The position numbers and the translations under genes were made by a program. Positions 36,329-48,021 of a stretch of DNA of 64,000 bases are shown here, in pieces. The notes beneath the pieces were generated by a model. It had not been told where the DNA came from. It ran no database searches and worked only from the letters and a program-made list of their open reading frames with translations. The DNA lies in assembly GCA_030390025.1 (NCBI GenBank), contig CM059433.1, positions 2,170,001 through 2,234,000 on the forward strand, written 5' to 3'. The DNA comes from Squalus acanthias. Lineage: Eukaryota. Each line of letters opens with the position of its first letter. Positions within the stretch are counted from its first letter, which is position 1.

Positions 36329-37719
36329 TATTCCTTCTCTTCATTCTATTTCTTTCCATCTGCATTTCTTTCATTCTTTATTACCATTTTTTTTCTTCGT
36401 TACTCCACTTACTCCTTTTCACTATTTTTCTTTGTTTAATTTGCTTCCTTTTTCTGCTTCGATGAAGATTTGAGAGAAGGGGTGAAGGAATCCCTGTAAT
36501 GCAGTGGTACATTAAAATTATGTTTTGGATAGAGAGCATTCTATGTTCCTGCAGCCCCGCTGTCATCTCCATTTCCTGTTTTAGCACTGGATGCCTTCCT
36601 TTTATAATAGTCAGCAATGTGAAAAAGGGCATAGACTGTTGTTTGGAATGTCTGTAGGTAAATACAGTAAAAAAAAAAAGCTGTCGTCATGTGTGCATTT
36701 TATTTAATGCCACTGTGTTGACCTAGTTGATTTTAGCAGTATGAAAATATCTCCCTCATCTGGGGGTTTAAGGTTTATCTATCAATGAGGGAGCAGTACT
36801 TGGAGCAGACCTTCCCAAACCACCAGTCCTGCTAAAATCAAAGCAACTCATCAGCATAGAAAAATTCAGCAAACTTGTAACCGGTTTTGCTTTAAATTTA
36901 AATAACGGCAATACAAGCCGCTTCCCCTGATCTCCCACATCTGTTTTTAGAATATGGGGGGGGGGGGTGTGTCATGTTGGGCTCATGGAATGTTGAAAAT
37001 GTCAGATGGGAAAATCCCACAATCTCAAGTGGTGATCGTGTCAGTGCCCACAATCTGTCGCTAAATAGATCGACCTCATTGGTACAGTGTTAAGAACCCT
37101 TGCCTTGTGTCACTCTAGGAATCCACTATATTGAAAACACTGAGGAGTTCTAAGTAGGATGATTGTTTAAAGGGGATTGGTATTCTGGAGGAGGTTAGGG
37201 AGTATCTCCATTACAAAATACTCTTATTGGAAAGGGTCAATTGTGGGAGAAAGATTATTAGAGAATATCTGTCAGAAAGGAGATACATCAGTGGGGCAGA
37301 CTGAAAGCAGTTTTGGATAGCTCGTCAGTTTGGGCTTCTCAGAAAGCAGTCTCCTGAACACGTATTCCGGCACCTTAACTTTAACCTAATTGCTCATAGA
37401 ATTAAATGACTCAAGACACCTAGACCAGATGAAGTATGTCTTCAAATGTTTAAGAACGTTTAAAATGTTTAATAGACAGTACTCTGATTTTTTTTAAATT
37501 TCCATAAAAATATGAGGTGCACATTAGAACCGGAGGATAAGCAAAGTTACCCTGATATTCTAAAATGGAGGAGTAAATTGGGAATGATATATCACATAGT
37601 AATTTTGCTGATCATGAACTATCACTGTTCATCTGTAGAGTACGTTGCTCCAAGGAACAGCTAAGAATCAATCGCTTGTGCTTTATTTGCTAGAATTCAT
37701 TTGAAGGTAATTAAACTAG

Positions 37720-37990
37720 TAGATCAGTGGAAATAATTTATTTGTATTTTTAGAAGGCATTTGATGAAGTTCCATATATGAGACTTGTGAAGATTCAGGG
37801 TCATGGAATTAATAACTGAATTGAAAAGTGGCTTGACAGTAGAAACCAAAAGTTGATGGTCCATTAAAAAAAACAGCTGGATTAATGTATGATGAAGAGG
37901 AGTCATTCGGACGAAGATATATATAAATGATTAAATACCCGGCAGAACTCAATGGTCTTTGCTATTCTGGCTATAGATGACATCTGTTAT
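37720..37990 (+). mobile_element. Highly degraded CR1 RT remnant
   Basis: gtatttttagaaggcatttgatgaagttcca resembles [10 protein letters not shown]. Confidence 0.5.
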
Positions 37991-38745
37991 CAGCATTGAC
38001 TAATGTAGGCTATAAATTGGATTGATAGCCTGTTTTTTATTTTTATCATCTTTGATGTTTTACTTCTAGTTGGTTGCCTCCTGCAGCAAACTGACTGTTT
38101 TGAGTCAAGTCCATGAGCGATGGATTGAACTTGTCCAGTGGAGGTGATGGGCTTCACAGGCCGAATTGTGGTTTTTGGTTATACACGTTATGTTCTATAA
38201 GTCTTGGGACTGCTTGGATTCAGGGATTTGTTTTGTAATGCTGAGCTCCATTGTGGTTTTAGAAAGCAACAGTTGAACCAACTATGAAAGTATTCTCTCT
38301 CCCTATCTGTGTCTGACGCCTTGGTTATATCCGGGACAAGTGATTATTTTAAAGCATTTTTAGGGTTTAATATTATAACCTTGTATTGAATGAGGATTAT
38401 ACCACAACACAAATATTTCAGATTGTGATTTGCTGTTATTTAGAAAATGCTATCAATTAAATATTATATGGGTCTATCCAGTTCTGTAACTCTGCTTTGT
38501 AATATTGATCTTAACATTTATCACCAAAAATAATTTTTGCTGGTGTCATGGTAGCAAATTCCCATTGTAGAAAACAAAGAGGATACCAACCATATAAATG
38601 TTACAGCAGAAACTGAATCTTTGTCCTTCGGGGGAGGTGAAACAAAAGGCATTTTCTCAAACAGTAATTTAGTGCAGAGATGCTTACTGCAGAGGGTTGA
38701 AGTATTTTATAAATTTATGTTTCTATAATGTTCTGTCATCGTCAG

Positions 38746-38885
38746 GTTAATGTAAGTGACGTTGAGAATGAAGAGAAACGTTTCCAGCTCTTTTTGGAGT
38801 TGCTAGACTCAAGTAACCAAGGGACCGAATTTCAGCATTTGGTGCTGCTCCTTCAGGCTTGGCCGCCCATGAACAACAAAGACGT
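38746..38885 (+). CDS. NBAS: NBAS coding exon (about ex49, 140 nt)
   Basis: cgtcag|GTT ... GACGT|gtaagt; VNVSDVENEEKRFQLFLELLDSSNQGTEFQHLVLLLQAWPPMNNKD(V); read manually. Confidence 0.96.
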
Positions 38886-39111
38886 GTAAGTGTCAGTGTG
38901 TGTGACAGTGCGCTGTAATCTACAATAGTTACAGCAACAGATCCGGGGAATGCTGGAAATTATGAGACAGTACGACACAAATATAGACCATCAATTAAAC
39001 ATTTAATAATGCAGCTGTCCCCATTTATCTGCAGGATGCTTTTTACTGAATTCCAGGGACATTTCCAGCTTGGACTAGATTTGTACATTCTGACTTCCTA
39101 TGATTTTGCAG

Positions 39112-39328
39112 CATAGGAACAGGAGTAGGCCATTCATCCCCTTGAGCCTGTTCCACCATTCAATTAGAACATGGCTGATCTGTATCTTAACACCATCTAC
39201 CCGTCTTGATTCCGTACCCCTTAATACCCTATCAAAAATCTATCTATCTCTCAGTTTTGAAATTTTTAATTAACCTGCTGCCAACAGCTTTTTGAAGGGA
39301 GAGTGTTCAGAGTTCCACTACACTTTGA
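39112..39328 (-). mobile_element. CR1 3' UTR fragment
   Basis: cataggaacaggagtaggccattcatccccttgagcctgttccaccattcaat. Confidence 0.8.
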
Positions 39329-40008
39329 TTTATTGAGTTTTTATTAACACCAGTCAAGACACATATGTAGAAAAAGATGGGTGAAATTTGAAGGGCATAT
39401 TTGCAACAGCAGCAGAAAATTATTTCCGCTGAATTAGAAAGTGAAACGAAGGTACAGTAATTTAATTACAAATTGAGGCATAACATGTAAATTTTCTTCG
39501 GTGTGTATTTGCTGAAAACCTTTTTATTATTTTTCCATTTCTTTTTAAAATATTTTTATTTTAACATTGATATACTTGACAGTGCACAGTGTAGATGGTG
39601 TAGTGTACTGCGGCAGTAAGTGAGTTTTACCGAGTGAATGGCAATGTGGATAAGCTTAGGAGTGACAGTGATGTTAATGTGCGCTACTGTGCTTGCCTGC
39701 TGTGTCGCTCAAAATTGGTTGTGCCACCAGAGCTTTGGCAGTTACCCTTCTACTCCACATGCTTGCTGTGTGTAGGTGAGGGCGAGCAGAGGGAGGAGAG
39801 GGGGTGGGGGGACGATATGGCAACCAACAACTGCCAGGAACAGAAATCAAATTTCTCCTGGTTCACCCTCATGGATTATTTTACACGGTATTTTTCCATT
39901 TCTAACCCCAGCAAATGAAAGTGCTTCTATTAATATTCTAAAAACGATATGATAGCGCATATTTTTCTGTTTGTCCCATCATGCTTTCTTGTGACCCATG
40001 TTGACATT

Positions 40009-40452
40009 GGGTACGGTAGCACAGTGGTTCTGTTACTGCACTAGTAATCCAGAGGCCTGAACTAATGATCCGGAGACATATGTTCAAATCCCACCACGGC
40101 AGCTGGGGAATTTAAATTTAGTTAATTAAATAAATCTGGAATAAAAAAGCTAGCATCAGTAATGGTGACCATGAAACCATCGGATTGTCATAACCCATCT
40201 GGTTCACTAATGTCCTTTTAGGGAAGGAAATCTGCCGCCCTTACCCGGTCTGGCCGATATGTAACTCCAGACTCACCAGCAATGTGGTTGACTCTTAACT
40301 GCCCTCTGAAATGGCCCAGCGAGACACTCCGTTGTCTGCTTCGAAAAACTGCCGCGGTTCAAGAAGGCGGCTCACCACCACCTTCTCGAGGGCAATTAGG
40401 GATGGGCAATAAATGCCGGCCTTGCCAGCGACGCCCACATCCCGTGAATGAA
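40009..40452 (+). mobile_element. tRNA-derived SINE (family 2) with 3' tail of the 22911-24420 LINE
   Basis: A box TAGCACAGTGG, B box GTTCAAATCC; last ~100 nt match 24304-24408. Confidence 0.85.
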
Positions 40453-41471
40453 TTTTTTTTTAAATCAGATGCTTCACTTCAGTCGTTTTGCAGCGTCGCA
40501 CTTATTGCTCAGATTTCAGATTCAACAAATTACAAAAGTTATAAAATGCAACAAAAATCTACAACTAAACCAGAACCTGAACCAATCAAATTGCTTCAAA
40601 GAAATTTCAGATTACTTTCAGCCACCGATATTTCTCTGCAGCTAAAATTTCCAATGTTCAAAGTAACTTTTGTAAGATAATCAAGGCATAAAAAAACTTA
40701 CATTCCACAATAACATGCCCAAGCTTAACTAGAAAACTGTCTTTTTTATCTTTAAAAAAAGAACAGAATGTCTTACATTTATACAGCGCTTTTCACACCC
40801 TCAGGTCAGCCCAAAGCGCTTTACAGCCAATGAAATACTTAAAATGTAGTAAATGTTTGTTTGTAAGTCCCAATTGTTTTGCAAAGCCTGGAGTTGAGGT
40901 TGATCTACCCAGTACCTGCATTTGCCACAATGCTGCAGTCTGGGCACGCATGCTTCTGAATATCCGACATGTGTCCAACTGCCAGCATGCTTTTCTCAGC
41001 ATTTAACAGTATTTGTTGGTTTGTCTTTCCAAGTGATTTGAAAATCAACTGGGCAAAAAAAATTCACAAGCTATTTCAGGTAACAATTTTTTTGCAAAAT
41101 CGAATGTAAAGTGTTTTTTTTCACTTCAGAGAAAACCAGCCTTTAGAGAGGTGGCCCCACACAGAAAGACAAAGACACGTGTCCGTTTCAGGATTTTAGA
41201 TAATTTTTTCCTTCAAAGAAAGAATTTGGAAATGAGTTACATTTAAATTTTGCATTTTAAAACAAAGTGAATTTGAACAGGTTTTTTTTTAAATGGGCGG
41301 CAGGCATCAAAGATGTGTATTGAAGTCAGATGAGCCTTTTTGTGAAATGACACAGCTCACTGTCTATTTCAAACTGATATAAGGGTCAATTGTGTAGTTC
41401 CTGACCTATTAATCCCTTATTCATTTTGAGGATCGCAAACGATTTAAAAAAAAAAACTTTTTTTTAATTAG

Positions 41472-41993
41472 TTCATGGGATGTGGGCGTCGCTGGCAAGG
41501 CCAGCATTTATTGCCCATCCCTAGTTGCCCTTGAGAAGGTGGTGGTGAGCCACCTTCTTGAACCGCTGCAGTCCATGTGGTGAAGGTGCTCCTACAGTGC
41601 TGTTAGGGAGGGAGTTCCAGGATTTTGACCCAGCGACGATGAAGGAATGGCGATATATTTCCAAGTCAGGATGGTGGGGAACTTGGAGGTGGTGGTGTTC
41701 CCATGCGCCTGCTGCCCTTGTCCTTCTAGGTGGAAGAGGTCGCGGGTTTGGGAGGTGCTGCCGAAGAAGCATTGGCGAGTTGCTGTAGTGCATCTTGTAG
41801 ATGGTACACACTGCAGCCACGGTACGCCGGTGGTGGAGGGAGTGAATGTTTAAGGTGGTGGATGGTGTGCCAATCAAGCGGGCTGCTTTGTCCTGGATGG
41901 TGTCGAGCTTCTTGAGTGTTGTTGGAGCTGCACTCATCCAGGCAAGTGGAGAGTATTCCATCACACTCCTGACTTGTGCCTTGTAGATGGTGG
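41472..41993 (-). mobile_element. 3' fragment of the CR1/L2-group LINE (family of 22911-24420)
   Basis: TIYKAQVRSVMEYSPLAWMSAAPTTLKKLDTIQDKAARLI; reverse complement of 23874-24404. Confidence 0.92.
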
Positions 41994-42589
41994 GAACTGT
42001 CACCCAAGGAGGGAGAGGTTTTATTGACGACCCTACTGGGAAATCACAGATTGCAGAAGGGGTCAGAGTGCCGGGGGAAATTGGCTCTTCTGAAGATCAG
42101 AGCCAGTCAGGATCCCACCGCTGATCAGTGAAAAAGTGAAGCAAACCTGCTAATAGGGATAGTGTGGCCTCGTTTTATTATTTATCTTGTTCTTAGTTGC
42201 ATCAAGGTGAGACTTGATTGCATCTATTTACTGTGTACATTCAGATGCTCTCTGCAAAATGAAGCAGCTTAACAATTCATATCTAGCTTTGTCTCACTAA
42301 GTGTTTCAGTCCACCTTCAGAAAAATTGGAGATGGTCACACGAGGACACGATGTCCAGTTCAAATCACAAGGGAATCTTATGCTCAGATCACTCGTGCGA
42401 GCGAGCAACTGTAGCCCAGAGAATATCTAAAGTAGGTCAGAAACTCCAAACTTGTAACAATTGCTGACAGCTCCCAAGAACCCTGATTTACACTGATGGC
42501 AAAGGTGATTTAAAACATTTAAAATATAAAGGAGAACTTACCAAAAATGGTGAAATTAAAAAAAAAACTGCAAAACAAAAGAAGTTGGA

Positions 42590-43440
42590 GTTTAGTTAGC
42601 GAGGTTAGCAGCCAAAGAGATAGCAAAGGAGAGAGTTTCAGTTACAGTCTGAGCATCATAGGCAGGAAGAAGAGCGCAAACAAGAGCAGACAGAGAGGGA
42701 ACAACTGAATCGGAGGCCACAAGAAGGAGGAACAGACTACCATGAGGGTGACTAGAGGGAGAGATAGCGTCATCACACTCTTGAACTGGCAGAGAAATGT
42801 GGACCATAGAGGCTGCGGCAAGTAGCAGGCCAAATGATGTTATGAGTATCACAGTCTAGGGAGGCATGGGTAGTACTAACCGGGGGAGTAGAGGAGGCGT
42901 GGTTACCCAACCACAACAAAGAGCTTAAGGAAAGGCAGACAGAAAATTCACCTCTGACCTCACAGACTGAATTTAAAATGGCACCCAGGGGTTCACGGGT
43001 TGTCTGGGAAGTATGTCTGCACCATACCTTCTGCAGGATGAGGTAGCACTATGCATCTTACTTGCTCAAGGGAGAGACATGATCCCCCATCCAGCTGGGG
43101 ACAGGGTGAGCCATTCTTTGGGCATTGCTGCCTCAGCTTGGTGGCGGAAGGACACGCCTGTGATGGAACCCGGGAGCATCAACCAGCTACCGCTCCAAGC
43201 TGAAGCTGAGGGTGCTCATTGGACTGGCTGCAAGGGCCCCACGGGCAATTCGGGGCATATCAGATAGTGCCGGTGCAGCCCACTGCACAATATGTGGAAC
43301 TGTAGTTGGCACAAGGGGTCAGATATACTTGGCACAGGAGTGGGGAGTGTCGACACAGTTGGTGGATTTCTGGGGCTCGGGAGGATTGGTAGTTGTGATG
43401 GCGGGCCTAGTTTGGGCACACGATCTTTGCAAGCAGACCC
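42590..43440 (+). mobile_element. Possible degraded Gypsy-type gag remnant
   Basis: Purine-rich E/R/Q coiled-coil-like translation (ELARLAAKE..RQEEERKQEQ) broken by frameshifts; resemblance only. Confidence 0.25.
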
Positions 43441-43544
43441 AAACCTTGGAACAGTGTGATTAATAATGCTTGTGCTTTGTTTACAATTTGAAAATATTAT
43501 TGTTTATAGAAAACTACTTAAAATTAAAAAAGAATGATTGCAGA

Positions 43545-44308
43545 CATAAGAACTAGGAACAGGAGTCGGCCGTACGGCCCCCCGAGCCTGCTCCGCCATA
43601 CGGCCCCCCGAGCCTGCTCCGCCGTACGGCCCCCCGAGCCTGCTTCGCCGTACGGCCTCCCGAGCCTGCTCCACCGTACGGCCCCCCGAGCCTGCTTCGC
43701 CGTACGGCCCCCCGAGCCTGCTCTGCCATACGGCCCCTCGAGCCTGCTCCGCTATTCAATAAGATCATGGCTGAGCTTCGACCTCAACTCCACTTTCCCG
43801 CCTGATCCCCATATCCCTTGATTCCCCTAGAGTCTAAAATTCTATCTCAGCCTCGAATATACTCAACGATTCAGCATCCACAGTCCTCTGGGGCAGAGAA
43901 TTCCAAAGATTCACAACTCGAAGAAATTCCTCCTCATCTCAGTCTTAAATGGCCGGCCCCTTATCCTGAGACTATGCCCCCTAGTTCTAGACTCTCCAGC
44001 CAGGGGAAACTACCTCTCAGCATCTACCCTGTCAATCCCTCTCAGAATCTTGTATGTTTCAATGAGATCACCTCTCATTCTTCTAAACTCCAGAGAGTAT
44101 AGGCCCATTCTACACAATCTCTCATCATAGGACAGCCCTCTCATCCCAGGAATCAATCTAGTGAACCTTCGTTGCACCGCCTCCAAGGCAAGTATATCCT
44201 TCCTTAGATAAGGAGACCAGAACTGTGCACAGTACTCCAGGTGTGGTCTCACCAAGACCCTGTACAATTGTAGCAAGACTTCCTTACTCTTATACTCCAA
44301 CCCCCTTG
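43545..44308 (-). mobile_element. CR1 3' fragment with internal tandem expansion
   Basis: GLEYKSKEVLLQLYRVLVRPHLEYCAQFWSP...RRMRGDLIETYKI; 3' UTR. Confidence 0.92.
43569..43750. repeat. 26-bp tandem repeat, 7 copies
   Basis: GCCGTACGGCCCCCCGAGCCTGCTCC unit. Confidence 0.95.
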
Positions 44309-44341
44309 TTTCTGATAAATAATTTCCTCCTACCAGTGTCT

Positions 44342-44449
44342 GAATCATACAGCACAAAAGGAGGCCATTCGGCCCATGGTGCCTGTGCCGGTTCTTTGGT
44401 GGAGCTCTCCAATTAGTCCCACGGCCCTGCTCTTCCCCCAGAGCCCTGC
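44342..44449 (-). mobile_element. CR1 3' tail fragment
   Basis: gaatcatacagcacaaaaggaggccattcggcccat matches 26862-26980. Confidence 0.8.
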
Positions 44450-44769
44450 ACATTTGCTTAGCTGCTCACAATATTGTTATTATCAGATTGCACTGTTTGA
44501 AACCAGCCTGTACTATTCTAAAATACATTCTCATTGCTGTGATGTCTCCATCCCAAAAATAATACTGCACTACTATGCCTGCAAAAAAACTTGTTTTTCC
44601 CAACTCGACTGGTATAATTGGGTTCAGTATCCAACTTGAGAACTACTTTCTGTTCTCACAATTTATATTCTTATGACTCTTTTAGTTCAGTTTCCTAGCT
44701 TTTTATTCTTTTACTTCTATATTACTTCTTTATTCAGTTTTATTTGTTTTGTACCTTTCTATCTTTGAT
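44450..44769. repeat. Unclassified ~300-bp segment, copy 2
   Basis: Direct-orientation homolog of 36026-36328. Confidence 0.9.
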
Positions 44770-44790
44770 ACAGTCTTCCCTCCACCCCCC

Positions 44791-46345
44791 CTGTCTCCCT
44801 CCCCCCCGTGCTCTGTCTCCCTCCCCCCCCCCCCCCCCGCGCTCTGTCTCCCTCCCCCCCCCCCAGCGCTCTGTCTCTCCCCCCCCCCCGCGCTCTGTCT
44901 CCCTCCCCCCCCGCGCTCTGTCTCCCTCCCCCCCCGCGCTCTGTCTCCCTCCCCCCCCGCGCTCTGTCTCCCTCCCCCCCCGCGCTCTGTCTCCCTCCCC
45001 CCCCGCGCTCTGTCTCCCTCCCCCCCCCCCCCGCGCTCTGTCTCCCTCCTCCCCCCCCCCGCGCTCTGTCTCCCTCCCCCCCCCGCGCTCTGTCTCCCTC
45101 CCCCCCCCGCGCTCTGTCTCCCTCCTCCCCCCCCCGCGCTCTGTCTCCCTCCCCCCCCCGCGCTCTGTCTCCCTCCCCCCCCCGCGCTCTGTCTCCCTCC
45201 CCCCCCGCGCTCTGTCTCCCTCCCCCCCCCGCGCTCTGTCTCTCCCTCCCCCCCCGCGCGCTCTGTCTCCCTCCCCCCCCCCCCGCGCTCTGTCTCCCTC
45301 CCCCCCCCCCCCCGCGCTCTGTCTCCCTCCTCCCCCCCCCGCGCTCTGTCTCCCTCCCCCCCCCGCGCTCTGTCTCTCCCTCCCCCCCCCGCGCTCTGTC
45401 TCTCCCTCCCCCCCCCGCGCTCTGTCTCTCCCTCCCCCCCCCGCGCTCTGTCTCTCCCTCCCCCCCCGCGCGCTCTGTCTCCCTCCCCCCCCCCCCCCCG
45501 CGCTCTGTCTCCCTCCCCCCCCCGCGCGCTCTGTCTCCCTCCCCCCCCCCCGCGCTCTGTCTCCCTCCCCCCCCCGCGCTCTGTCTCCCTCCCCCCCCGC
45601 GCTCTGTCTCCCTCCCCCCCCGCGCTCTGTCTCCCTCCCCCCCCGCGCTCTGTCTCCCTCCCCCCCCGCGCTCTGTCTCCCTCCCCCCCCCGCGCTCTGT
45701 CTCCCTCCCCCCCCCCCGCGCTCTGTCTCTCCCTCCCCCCCCCGCGCTCTGTCTCTCCCTCCCCCCCCGCGCTCTGTCTCTCCCTCCCCCCCCCGCGCTC
45801 TGTCTCTCCCTCCCCCCCGCGCTCTGTCTCTCCCTCCCCCCCCCCCCGCGCTCTGTCTCTCCCTCCCCCCCCCGCGCTCTGTCTCTCCCTCCCCCCCCCG
45901 CGCTCTGTCTCTCCCTCCCCCCCCGTGCTCTGTCTCCCTCCCCCCCCCCCCGCGCTCTGTCTCCCTCCCCCCCCCCCCGCGCTCTGTCTCCCTCCCCCCC
46001 CCGCGCTCTGTCTCCCTCCCCCCCCGCGCTCTGTCTCCCTCCCCCCCCCCGCGCTCTGTCTCCCTCCCCCCCCCCCCCGCGCTCTGTCTCCCTCCCCCCC
46101 CCCTCCCCCCGCGCTCTGTCTCCCTCCCCCCCCCGCGCTCTGTCTCTCCCTCCCCCCCCCCCGCGCTCTGTCTCTCCCTCCCCCCCCGTGCTCTGTCTCC
46201 CTCCCCCCCCCCCCGCGCTCTGTCTCCCTCCCCCCCCCCCCCGCGCTCTGTCTCCCTCCCCCCCCCTCCCCCCGCGCTCTGTCTCCCTCCCTCCCCCCCC
46301 CCCCCCCCCCGCGCTCTGTCTCCCTCCCCCCCCCCGCGCTTTGTC
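44791..46345. repeat. C-rich minisatellite GCGCTCTGTCT(CT)CCCT(C)n, roughly 60 units of about 22-30 bp
   Basis: Directly visible; copy number estimated from span divided by unit length. Confidence 0.97.
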
Positions 46346-46780
46346 TCGCTCACACACACCCCCACCCCCCGGAATTATGGGAGTAGATAGGGGACAGGAT
46401 GGCAGAGCCTGGTAGCCAATGGAACGACCGAGCGTAGTGGCAAACCGCTGACAGGCCAGAGGAGGGGAGTGAAGATGATTTTGCTATTTATATCAATTGA
46501 TTATAAGCAGAGATTTTAAAAACTGAATACTGAAAATGTGCAGTAAAATTAAAACAGAAAATGCTCAACGGTCTGTCAGCAGCGGGAATGAGAAAAGGCC
46601 GGTCAATGTTTCGGGCAGAGACTGTGACCGTGACATTCCTCTGGAGAACCTGCTGTGTATTTCCAACATATTCTGTCCCTGTTTTAAGCAGGTACTGACT
46701 GGAGATAACTGATAACATATAGTAACCCTTATTCTTTTAAATAAAGAACTTAACTATTTCTGGTGCAAGAAAGAGATGAT

Positions 46781-46918
46781 GGGGTATAAATTTGTCACGG
46801 GCGGTGTCACAAAGTGGGCGGTATCGGATCGGCCGCCCGTTACACGCAGCGTCTGACAGTTCCATTGACTGCAGTCAGACGCTGCGTGTAATGGGCGCCC
46901 GAGACGAATTTATACCCC
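46781..46918. mobile_element. 138-bp Harbinger/Tourist-type MITE
   Basis: 23-bp TIR GGGGTATAAATTTGTCACGGGCG (21 of 23); TSD GAT at 46778-46780 and 46919-46921. Confidence 0.88.
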
Positions 46919-47301
46919 GATTCCTTTTAGTGATAATGGACTTGATGATGTTACTCTTGACACTAAATAATTTCACAATTTTTTTTTCACATTTCGCTTG
47001 AGATTGATATTATTAATGAGATACCGTATTCGAGGTTCCAGTGCAATATTTTTACCCACTACTGTGTAGATTTGTAATCAGCACTTACCATGGATCTCCC
47101 ATTGGGTAGGATAGAATTAATTTCCTTTGCAGCACAAGTAATATCAAGATCAACTCCGGATAGCGAAAGAAACCTGATTTTAAAGGAGCATAATCTTTTC
47201 AGGAATAAAATTACACGAGTGTTTATTTGGAGTAGCTGCAAATTGGCATCTGAGAGGGGAAGTGTGGGCTTGTCAAATTAAATTTGAGAAGCCCACACTT
47301 T

Positions 47302-47590
47302 GGGAGGGGCGAGGCCATTGAGGGAATTTGAAAACAAGGATGAGAATTTTAAATTTGAGGCGTTGTTGGACTGGGAGCCAATGTCGATCAGCGAGCAGAA
47401 GGTGATGGGTGAACGGGACTTGGTGCGACTTAGGATACAGGCAGCAGAGCTTTGGATGGGCTGAAGTTTATGGAGGGCGAAAGGCATTGGAACAGTCCGA
47501 TGGGCAGGTAAGAAAAGCATGGATGCGGATTCCAGCCGCAGGTCGGCTGAGGCAGGGGCGGGGACTGGTGATATTAGAGAGGTGGAAATG
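47302..47590 (-). mobile_element. L2 fragment, degraded
   Basis: Homologous to 14795-15100. Confidence 0.8.
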
Positions 47591-47811
47591 CCTCTGTCAC
47601 AGTTACAGTAAGGGGACCCTCCTCTCTCAAAACTCTACCCACCCTTAATATAAATGACTGAACCTAGCTGTATGTGTGAATGGTAATAAAGCAGTACCGT
47701 AGAGCACAGGAAGTCAGATGTAACTTAAATCTTCAAATAGTGATTATGATGTACATTGCTGGAATATGCATGAAGCTTACCTTCCTAATTAAAATAACTT
47801 CACCCCTACAG

Positions 47812-47956
47812 GACAAGTGAGAAGGATAATGCTTGGATTAAGCTTGTTACTGCCATGTTGATAAAGTGTGCCCCTGAACAGAAACCTACCACTGGGAATG
47901 AAATACTTGCCATCTGCCGCTCTCTTTACTTGACAAAGCACAAACTACCATTTCAG
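47812..47956 (+). CDS. NBAS: NBAS coding exon (about ex50, 145 nt)
   Basis: ctacag|G ACA ... TTTCAG|gtaatt; TSEKDNAWIKLVTAMLIKCAPEQKPTTGNEILAICRSLYLTKHKLPFQ; read manually. Confidence 0.94.
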
Positions 47957-48021
47957 GTAATTTTAGAATCATCTTTCAAAGTTGGATTCAAGTTTAATCT
48001 GTACTGATTACTGATCTGTAT

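Noticed and set aside
43569..43750. CRISPR-like array
   Set aside because: Head-to-tail repeats with no spacers, derived from CR1, in a vertebrate intron
44740..46415. Five ORFs of more than 530 aa
   Set aside because: The minisatellite lacks stop codons; no splice or coding signal
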